In this document: piece by piece, positions 18,229 to 28,600 of the stretch | How the letters are laid out: each line of letters starts with the position of its first letter | How positions within the stretch are numbered: the first letter of the stretch is position 1 | Origin: a virus | Lineage: Duplodnaviria > Caudoviricetes | Length of the DNA stretch: 40,644 nt | Virus record (IMG/VR): IMGVR_UViG_3300037755_001389 | Span: 1-40,644 of that record | Direction: 5' to 3' (one strand) | Program-made: the position numbers and the translations under genes | Notes under the pieces: model-generated | Told to the model about the DNA's origin: nothing | The model's database searches: none | Seen by the model: the letters and a program-made list of their open reading frames with translations, nothing else

Positions 18229-18499
18229 AATCACCGATGCGGTGGAGTTCGGGCTGGGTGCCGCGACGCTCAACGAGCTGATGGACGAGATCGGTCGCCG
18301 AAACCTCACGGCGGTTCTGATCTGGGAGAAGGAAAATCGTGCCGACCCGCGCACGACCAGGATGAGCTTTGAGTGGCGGGGCCGGTCGCCGACTCACGGG
18401 ATCGGGCTGATGAACGTCATGGCACACCTGGTCGTGCAGCATTTTCATGTCATGGCCGAGCGCAAGTCCAACCCTCCGGGAGCCGACGATGCCGACTAA
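18206..18499 (+). CDS. hypothetical protein
   Basis: globular-looking ORF overlapping both neighbours by a few codons. Confidence 0.55.
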   Translation: MPLKLDDEITDAVEFGLGAATLNELMDEIGRRNLTAVLIWEKENRADPRTTRMSFEWRGRSPTHGIGLMNVMAHLVVQHFHVMAERKSNPPGADDAD

Positions 18500-19607
18500 G
18501 CCCAGTGTTCTCGATCAACCGATTGACCTGAGCCTTTTGGACGAAGAGGAGGTCTCCGGCTACGCGGGGCAGAGCGACGCCGTGCCGCAAGAGGTCGCGC
18601 GGATGCAACCGATTCTCGACGTGGTCGGGTACTCGGTGTCGGAACAGCGTGCCCGCGACGACGTGCGGCGTGAGCGCGGGCGGCTTGCCCAGCGATGGAA
18701 GCAGGCCGACGAACCGCCCGCCCCGGAATCGTTGGTCTCGTTGCAGGATTTTGTGCGCAAGCACATGCCGAAAATGCAACAGGAGGAGTTCATTCCGCCA
18801 GCCCAGTGGGAGTTCATCCAGGATCAGTACAAGAACTACGTGGCCCGCACCCAGTACCGCAACGAAATGGCCATGGCGCGGTACAAGGCGACTCCGTCCC
18901 CCCTGCGGGAAACCCAGCGGGACGCGCTGGAGCAGCTTCTCAGCGAATCCGGTGGCGACCCAACGAAGGCGCTCGATCGGTTCGAACGGCTCGGTGTCGT
19001 TCGCTCCCGCGGAACCAGCAAGGAGGCGTGGGACGCGGAGCTGCGAAAGGCCGCCCTGGCGGCCGCCGGCGGTGACCCGGTTGAGGCCAACCAACTGATG
19101 AAGCGTGGGAAACCGGATCCCGGCGGCGACACCCAAAAATGGGATCCGGCCGACAAGGCGGCCTACGACGAGATGATGGGCAAGGGCATGAGCGCCACGG
19201 CGGCGCGAGAGGCTCTCAATACAAAACCCGGCGATGACCGCGGAATCATTACGTCCGGTTCTCTCTCCGAGACGTTGGGCGGCAGCACCGTGATGGGCGA
19301 GCGGCTGCCCGGTTTGCTGGAGCGAGCCCGCCCCGGTGGTGCCAACCGTTTGCTCGCCTACGCCGAACTCAAACAATGGTCGAACGCGAACCTGGGACTG
19401 CTCTCGAAAAAAGAGGCCGCCCGCGTCAAACAGGAACTTGCTCGCGTGAAGATCACCACGGAGGAAGCCGCGGAACTCGACCGAGCGGGCGCGTTCACGA
19501 CCCCGGAGATGCTGAAGTTTCTGGAGGTTGAGCCCACGAAGTGGTTCGGCGACGAGGATCGAACCAGACAAGCGGCGATCAAGGCGTATTTCAAACGCGT
19601 CCAATAG
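18489..19607 (+). CDS. putative internal virion protein
   Basis: GGGAG RBS then ATG at 18489; helical and charged; precedes the giant gene. Confidence 0.6.
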   Translation: MPTKPSVLDQPIDLSLLDEEEVSGYAGQSDAVPQEVARMQPILDVVGYSVSEQRARDDVRRERGRLAQRWKQADEPPAPESLVSLQDFVRKHMPKMQQEEFIPPAQWEFIQDQYKNYVARTQYRNEMAMARYKATPSPLRETQRDALEQLLSESGGDPTKALDRFERLGVVRSRGTSKEAWDAELRKAALAAAGGDPVEANQLMKRGKPDPGGDTQKWDPADKAAYDEMMGKGMSATAAREALNTKPGDDRGIITSGSLSETLGGSTVMGERLPGLLERARPGGANRLLAYAELKQWSNANLGLLSKKEAARVKQELARVKITTEEAAELDRAGAFTTPEMLKFLEVEPTKWFGDEDRTRQAAIKAYFKRVQ

Positions 19608-19609
19608 CC

Positions 19610-22600
19610 ATGCCGGATAAATACGACGCCTTGGTCGATTCCATCCTGTCGAGCAAGTCTGAGACGGATGGCGGCGACGACGAGAACTACGACGCGTTGG
19701 TCGCGGAACTCCTGGGGAACCATTCAGCATCTGACAATGACCCCGCCGGCGACGACGAGAACTACGACGCCCTCGTTTCGGAACTTCTGGGAGAAAGGGG
19801 CGGCGCTCGTAACACCCCGACCACGGAGCCACCCCCCTTTTCGTACCAGCCGTCATGGCCAGCCGGTTCCTACCCCGAGAGCGGCGAATCCGTGGACCCG
19901 CCACCCGTCAGGCCTCGCGTCACGTTCTCGGAGTCGCCGCTGGATCGCATGGAGACGCTCACCGAGCAGCGGGCCCGCGAATCCGTAGACCGGCGGTGGA
20001 TGGCCCAGGAGGAATTACGCAACCGGTCGCAATTGAGAGCCGCCCGCACGGAGATCGAACACAGCCCCCCCGAGCTGATGCCCGACGGTACGGAGCGCGC
20101 CCCGGCCAGAATGGGCGTCAACACGATTCTGCAAGAGCCGGATCCGGGGAACGTCGAGATCCTGCGTGCGATGCGTGAGGATTGGTTCCAGCGCGTCGAG
20201 TTAAGGAGGCAGCAGGAAGAACTCGAAATCCAGAAAAAAAAAGGGGGAACCTACGACTATGGTCCGGGCGGTATGGAAATGCGTGCCGCCCCGCCCAAGA
20301 CATCGACGAGCCTGTGGGATCAGTTGGCGGCGGGGGTTCGGTATCGCGCCCAACTCTACCCGTACGCCGCGTGGCGGAAAATCAGTGGCGTGGACGAGCT
20401 GATCGACGCGGCGGTGGAAACGGAAACCGAGTTTCGGATCGAGCACGGGATCTACTCTCAGAATCAGCGTAGCCACCGGCGCTATCTCGAAGACGACGTG
20501 CGGCGCGAGTTGCTTGCGGGCGAACCGATGGTGTCGCCCGACGGGGCGGAAAAACAGGGCTACGTGATTGCGACGCTCTCCGCGCTCGATCCGGAGATCG
20601 TTCCCGAGGCGAAGGGCATCTACCAGAAAATGGCCCGCTTCGGCGGGGAGTTGGCTCCGTTCATCGCGGAGCTGGCCGTCACGAAAAAGGCGATCCGCCC
20701 GCTGACCCGCCCGATCACGAATCGAATGGTTCGACCGAAGCCGACCACGCCGGGGTTGGCTGCGCGCGGGGGTGGAACGGCGGCCGGGTCGGTCGACATG
20801 GCCGAGCTGCGGGCGGGTCTGCGTGCCGGGCACGCGGCGGAAGATCTGGCGGCGGTGGGCACAATCGCCGCGGCACAGGGCGAAGATCCGCTTTTGGCGG
20901 CGGGGATGTTTGGTCCGATCGCCGCGACCGGGCTGGCGGCGACGCCGGCCGGGCGGTACGCGGCCCAAACGGCGGTTTTCTCCGGACTCGCGGCGACGCA
21001 CGGCGACAAAGACGACGTGCTCATCGAGGGATTTTTCGGACCGCTCGTATTCAGTTCGAAATACGTTGCGGCCTGGGCCGCTCGTCGATACCGAGCCGCC
21101 GGGTTGCGGGAGGCCATGCCCGAGGGCAGCCCCGTCCGCAGGGCCATGGACCGCTGGGAGGAGATGGGACGCGAGGGAAAGAGCGGCTCCGACCCGGAGG
21201 TCACGGCGATGGCCAGATACATCCACGACATCGCCATGGACGTGTACGACCCCGCCACGTCCAAAAAGTATAACTACGCGGAGCGGAAGGCGGTCAAAAG
21301 TTGGCTTGAGGATCATCGGATCGAGCGCGTCTACGACCTGGACACGGAAACGCTAACAGAGCATGTCACGAAACCCGGCGAGAAGGCGCCCTGGAAGACA
21401 GGCGACGTCATTGACGTGGAGGCCACCGCAGTTCCCGGGGCGAAAGAGCGCCCCCGACCACCGGAATCTACCATACCCACCCAAGCCGCTAAGGGAAAAC
21501 CCGCACCATCCGTGAAACAGGATCCGGCAGCCCCCCGGAAACCGGGGCCGAAGGTCTCTCCCTCGTACATGACGCCACAAGAGGCCGCTATGGAGGCTCA
21601 GAGGCCCGTAGGCGGTCCCGGTGCGACCAAACCCCCATCGACTCCGTTGAAGCCGCCAGGGCCTTCTGCGCAAGGCGATGCGGCCCCTGCGACCACGCCC
21701 ACGCAGACCCCTACGGGGAAACCCGTAACCGTTGAGTCGGGGGCCATGCAGTTTGGTCCAACCGATGATCCGGCGCACGGCGAGACCGTGCGCAAGATTC
21801 CCGTCGGGAAGCTCATCCGGGAGACAGCCAATTTTGAGGGGATGATCCCAGAAAACGCCGCCGACTTCGTCGAGGAGGTCGAGAACCTATTCCGAGAGCT
21901 TGGTGCCCAGCCTGACCGTCACAATCTCGCGCATCTGAATCGCGGCGAGCTGACGGCCATGAAATCCATCGCCGAACGGTACAAGATGCGTCGCACGAGA
22001 GGCAGCCTCTTGGGACGGATTTCGGACGAGCTGAGTTATCGCGGCGGTACGTCGCAGGGGCAGGCGTCACCGCCGACAGCGCCGTCTACGGAAGGTGCTG
22101 CGACGGGACGCGAGGAAGCCGCGATCAAGCCCGGTTCCCCCGAAGCCGCGGGCTTACAAAACGCGCGGCAATCCGTGAACGCCGCGTGGATCGACGACCA
22201 GCTCGCGTTGAACAAGCTCGTCACTGTGGACGTGGACAGTACGACGGGCGAGCAGACCCCGATTGTGGCGTTTCCGAATACGCCCGATGGGGTCGAGCGG
22301 GCGACGCTTTTCGTCGTGGAAAACAACGAGCGTCGTGCCGATGGCAAGCAATATCGTTTGCTACGCCCGGGAGACAGCGGGGCGGTCGCACCGAATTCCC
22401 TCCCCGAAACCCCGCCAGCGCCTGAAGAACCAGGTATAATTGAAGAAGGTGAACCGCATGTCGAAACGCCAGTTCAAGAGCCCGAAGGAAGTGAAGGAGG
22501 ATCTGGAAAACGACCCGACGGCGTGGGTCAACGGGATGCCCCCGAAGACACTCCCGACGGAGGAGTTGGCGAAGGCGGCGTTGGGCTTCAGCGCCCAACA

Positions 22601-25600
22601 GTGCCTTCAATGGCTCAAGGAGGAGCGTCCGGGTCTGTACGCGGCGAAGAAGGAGGCGGGCGACCTTTACCGGGGTCTGTACCAGGACCAGGAACTGGCG
22701 CGAGCGGAACTGGGCCGATTGTCGGAGGAGGGGGTTCCGTTTCTGGAGGCGCGGGAGCTGGCCCTGAACAGCTACCTGTTCAACTACCCGGACCCCCCGG
22801 AGGAGGAGCAGGGGGAGGGGTACGAGGACCAGGGCACGAACGCGGTGGAACTGGAGGACGAATACGAGGAGGAGCAGAGCCCGCCGCGTCCGAACGACGA
22901 AAACCCGCCGGCGGTGAGCCCGCGGGCGACGAGCCTCGACCCGGCGCCAGCGGAACCAGCGACTACATCATTCCCGTCGAAAGCGCCGCCGAACTTTTCG
23001 GGGGCAGCAAACGACAACGCATCATCCGAAACATAGAGGCGATCAAAGTTCTGCAAAGCCTTGCCGCGGAGCATCGACCGGCCACCGCCGGCGAGAAACG
23101 CATTCTCGCCGGATTCACGGGTTGGGGCGCGCTCTCGGAGGTGTTTGAGGTTCGCTGGAAGTACGAGGAACTGAACGACCTGAAAGATGAGCTAAGTGCT
23201 CTCTTGGAGGGCAGCCCGGCCAGCGCCGAGGGCTCACCGGGTTCATCATGGGCAGAGGCCCGTCGCTCGACGACCAACGCTTTCTACACTCCCCCCGAGA
23301 TCATTCGCGGCGTTTACGACGTGCTGAACCAGATGGGGTTCCGGTCCGGCAAAGTTCTGGAACCGTCCATGGGCGTCGGGCATTTCTACGGATTCATGCC
23401 GCCGGCATTGATGGCCAGAACCCAGCGGTTCGGCGTGGAGCGCGACGCGATCAGCGGCGCCGTCGCCGCGGCGATCTACAGCAACAGTAAAATCTTCGTC
23501 AAAGGTTTCGAGCAAGCGCCTCTGCCCGGCGGGTATTTCGACGTGGCCGTCGGGAACGTGCCGTTTGGCAACATTCCCGTCGTCGATCATCGGTATCCGC
23601 GCGAGGTGACGCGCAGGGTCCACGATTACTTTTTCATGCGAACCGTCGATCTGCTACGGCCGGGCGGCGTGCTCGCCTTCATCACGTCGCACGGCACGAT
23701 GGACAAGGTGGACTCGTCGATGCGACGTCGCCTGCACCGGGACGCGGCGTTTCTGGGAGCGATCCGGTTTAACCGGGAGTCGTTGCCGGGCACGAAGGTC
23801 ATCGCGGACCTTATTTTTCTTCAGAAGCGCCGGTCGGGCGCCGCGGTGGCGGTCGAGCACGAGTGGCTGGAATCGCCCGCCCTCGAATCGCTCGGGCCGA
23901 GCAAAGCGACCGGCCGCCCGTATTACGTCAACGAGTATTTTCAGACGCACCCCGAGATGGTCATTGGCCGGCACGCCGCCCCGCCCTCAGGCGGACTGCG
24001 CGGGGGATTCGAGTACACGGTAGAGCCGGGCGAGGCCTCGGCGGACGCCTTCGCGCAGGCGATTGAACTTCTCTCCGAACGTCTGGCCGGTAGCTACCTG
24101 GCACAAGTGGGCCCGCAACAGCCCACCACCATACCCGAGGCCGACTTCATTCCGTCGCCGGACGATCTACCGGGCGGGGCTCTGTTCCAAAAAGGCGGCC
24201 GGATTTACGCATCTGGTGGGACGGGGAAAACCGCCGAAATCGCCGACGTGAAGATCCTCAAAAGTAAGGGGTCCGGTCCGGCGCTGCGCAAGGTTCGGTC
24301 GGTGCTGGAAATCCGTGACACGCTTCTGTTGCTGTACCGCGCTTCGCGTGAACGCGACAACGACGCGGAGCTGTTGCGATTGCAGAAGCAACTCAACGAG
24401 GTATACGACGGCTTTGCCAGGCGAGAGCGAACCAGCCACGCGGGGCAGCAGGTTCCGGGGTCACTACATCATCGGTCCATCCTTACGTTGTTCGAGGACG
24501 ACCCCTACACGCTCCCGATCGTCCAGGCGATCGAGGACTACGACCAAACCACAAAGATCGCCTCCAAGGGCCCGGTTTTCAAGAGGCGCGTCGTGCCCCT
24601 CAAGCCCGAGGAGCGCGTTGCGACGGATCCGGCCGACGCGCTGGCAATAACGATCGACGAGCGAGGCTGGCCCGACATCGAGCGGGTGGCGGAAATTCTA
24701 GGCAGCCCGCCCGCGGAAACGCTGCGTGCGATGATTGAACGCGGCCTTGTTTTCGAGTCGCCGTCCGGCGAACCGGTCACGTCCGATGAGTACCTGTCCG
24801 GGAATGTGCGGCAAAAACTTCGGGACGCGGAAGCCGCGGCCGAACATGAGCCCGAGCGGTTCGCCCCAAACGTCGAGGCGTTGCGTGCGATTCAGCCGGA
24901 AGATTTTCCGCCGTCGCGGATTTTCCCGAAACTCGGGGCGCCGTGGATTCTGCCGGCGACGATGGGCGAGTTTGCGGAGCACCTGCTGGGCCAGGCGCGA
25001 ACCGTAACGTACGCCGCCGGAAAGTGGGCGGTGGGCCGCGAGGCGGGACATCGCGTATCGTTCGGAACCACCGTCGCCGGCTCGCGGCGATGGGGCACGG
25101 AGAATTACGACGCCGGGAAGATTCTGGAGGATGGGCTGAATCTGAGGCACCCCGTGGTAAAGGTCGGCTCGGGGGATGATCGCGTCGTCGACGCGCAGCA
25201 AACCATCGAGGCGAAGGGGAAATTGGAGGAAATTCAAGAGGAATTTACTCGCTGGTTGTGGTCGGATGCGACTCGCAGCGAGTTCTACGCCCGCAAGTTC
25301 AACGACGAGCACAACAACACGGTCAAGCGCCATTGGCGCGCGCCGAAACAGATGAGCCTTCCCGGTCTGTCGAGCGACATCACGCCGTTTTCCTATCAAA
25401 TGGACGGGGCGTACCGCGGCATTCACGGAACCGAGCCGCTCCTACTCGATACCGGAGTGGGTGGCGGAAAAACGCTCACCATGGCGATGATCGCGGAGGG
25501 CGTGATGCGGCTTGGCATCGCCCGCAAAGTTTTCCTGGCGGTCCAGAACAGCACCTTGTCGCAGATCGTCTCCAATATTCGCGGCTACTACCCCGGAATG

Positions 25601-28600
25601 CCGGTCACGGGCTTAACGTCACGGGACGTCAAGGCCGAGAACATTCAGCGATCCATGGCTCGCATCGCCGCGGCGGAGCGCGGGTTGTTTGTCGTGCCTC
25701 ATTCGGTGCTGCCGGCGATTCCGCTCGGCGAAGCGACGCTGACCGAATGGTACACCCGCGAACTGGATCAGATGCGATCGCACCTGGCCCTGTTGCACGA
25801 AACACGCGGCACCAAGGCGTCCATCAAGCAGATGGAGACTCGCATTGAAACGCTCAGCGTGCGGTTGCGCCAGAAAATTGACGCCGTTCGTCGGTCCAAG
25901 GTTTTGACGTGGGAGGAGATCGGCGCCGACTGGCTGATGTACGACGAGAGCCAGGGCATCAAGAACCTTCAGTATTCGACGACCATGGTGGACGTGGCGG
26001 GGATGGGCAACCCGGGCGGCTCGGCCAGGGCGCTGGATGCGTTCATCAAGGGCGGCTATGTGCTGAAACAGCAGGGGGGGCGGGGGGTCTTGTGGGCCAC
26101 CGGCACACCGTTGTCCAATTCGATGAGCGAGCTGTACACGCTATTTCGGAACCTGGCTCCGCGCAAGTTCGAATTGCTGGGCATGAACCACTTTGACGAC
26201 TTCGCCCGCATGTTCGTCCTGCCGACCGAAAAGTTCGAGCCCGCACCGGCCGGTGGTGGCTACAAAAAACGGACACGCTTGACCGACTGGGTCAACGTGA
26301 ATCCGTTGTTGACGATGTACCACGACATCGCGCATCGCACGCCGGCGGAAGAAGTGGCGCGGGTGCGGAGGGAACGGGGGGCGGCGCAAGAGGTGCCGCT
26401 TGTCGCCCGGAATTCGGACGGGGATCGAGAGTACGAGGTCGTCGCGCTGCCGGAAAACGAAGTTCACGCGATGTTCATCGCGGAGGCGGCGTTTCGGACG
26501 CGAGCCGTGCGGGGTTCGCCGCCCGAGGAGGGCGCTGACAATGTGATGGTGATTATCAAGGACGAGCAGTTGGCCGCGATCGACGTTCGGTTGCTCGACA
26601 GCCCAAAACGCCGGTTCGTCTCCGACGCGATCAAGGCCAAGGCACGCGGCTTCGTCGATCCCGCGGGGAAGCTTTCGACGCTCGCCAAGATGATCGTGGA
26701 ACGGTGGCGGCGCGACGGATCGGTGACGCTGGAACGAGGTGGTGACCGCCACGAAGGTGGTCTCGTGCAGGCGGTGTTCATCAATCTGGGCACGCCCGCG
26801 CAGGGCACGCCAGCGCAGGGCACCAACGCGCTGGACGTCTACGGCGTTCTCATCAACGACCTAGTCGCCGCCGGCATTCCGCGGGACCAAATCGCCACGA
26901 TTTACGACGCGGACCATGCCAACCCGGAGAGAGCGAACGACCTGAAGCAAAAGCTTTTCGCGCGAGTGAATAGCGGACAGGTGCGGGTGTTCATGGGGTC
27001 CATCGAAAAAATGGGCGTTGGCGTCAACATCCAACGATTGCTGCGCACGAGCTATCAGCTCGATCCGACGTATCGCCCGAGTGATCTGACCCAGATGGAC
27101 GGGCGAAGCATCCGCGGCGGCAATCTCAACGCCGAGGTCGAGATGTTCCGTTTCGTTACCGAGAACAGTTCCGACGAATTCATGTACTCGCTCATATCGA
27201 AAAAAGCGCGATCGTTCAACAATTTTCTCAACGCCGAGTTGGGCGAGGTGGACGAATTCACCGACACCGACGACGAAGCCCGGGCGTTCGAGATGGCCAT
27301 GGCCAAAGCGTCGGGCAACCCGCTGATGCTAGAACTGAACAGCGCCGAGGAGACACTTCGCAACCTGCGCGTTCGGGAAGCGGCCCATCGCCGCGGGCAG
27401 GATGACGTGCGCTTGCGGGCGAGCGAGAATCTGCGAAAGCAATCCGTCAACCAAAAGCTCATCGCCCTGTGGCAGGCGATCGACACGCAAATTTATGCTC
27501 CGGCGAAGGGCGTGACCCCGCGCACGTGCGTCGTCGACGGCGCCACGTTCACCGAACCGGGGAAGGCCGGCGCCGCGATCATTGCGAAGGTGGGGTCCGG
27601 CCACGGTACGTTTAACGTTGGCACCCCCTATGTCTCCGTGGGCACGATCAATGGCGTTCCGTTCAGCGGGCGGGCGTTCGAGTATCACGAGGTAGGCGGC
27701 GGCGGTGGGGACAAAGTCCAAATCCAACTCACCCCGGACCAGCGCACGATTCACCGGATTACAGAGGCGGCCGGTCTGCACGAGGCGATGGGCGAGGTGG
27801 CGGAAATTGTGTTGAGGGATCGCTCGGTCAGCCCGCAGAGCGCCGCGGCCCTGGCGAACAAGGTTTTCGCGTTGCTGGACCAGCCGCTGGTCGAGATCGA
27901 CCGCGCGTCGCGGAACCTCACTTTTCTGGAGAAGGAGGGGGCGGCGGCGAAGGAGCTTCTGGAGACTCCCTTCACGAGAGACAAAGAGTTGGCGGCCGCC
28001 AAGCTGGCGGTGGCTGACATCCAGGAAAAACTCGCCGCGCTCGCGGCACCGGCGGTGGGCGGGGGCGGTGAGCCGAGCGACATGCCACCTGGTTTCGTTG
28101 AGGCGCATCGTCCGGAGCGTATGCAGCAGCGGAATCTCACGGCGGATCAGCACGCCTGGTTACGCGAACACGGACCGGACAAGCCGGCGTTCGGTATGGG
28201 CGGGCTGTTTTCCGTGCCGGACCTGCGCGGGGTGTGGCAGAGGCATTGGGACGATATCGCCGAGCGATTGCAAAACCTGCCACCCGGGCTGGGGAAGCGG
28301 GTCATGGACGCGGTCGGGACCGGCGTGTGGGGCGGGCGATGGGGGCTCGAAGAGGATACCTGGCGGGCCTTCGAACGGGTGAAGGGGACGAGCGGGTTGG
28401 CTCGGGATACCGCGGCGCGAATTTCGGAAGCGTTCGATGATCGCGTCAAGGCGCTCACGTCGGCGTTCGGCGGCACACCGGAAGTCCGTGCCAGCGCCAA
28501 CCGAGATCTTGAGGACGCCATTCGGGGCAAGCTAGATCCAGCCAGGCTGGATCCCGCGATCCGACGTGTCTATGAGGCCTACGTGACGGAGGTCAATGCG

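Noticed and set aside
26788-26823. 15-bp duplication encoding GTPAQGTPAQGT in the helicase
   Set aside because: Small in-frame loop duplication with no sign of further function
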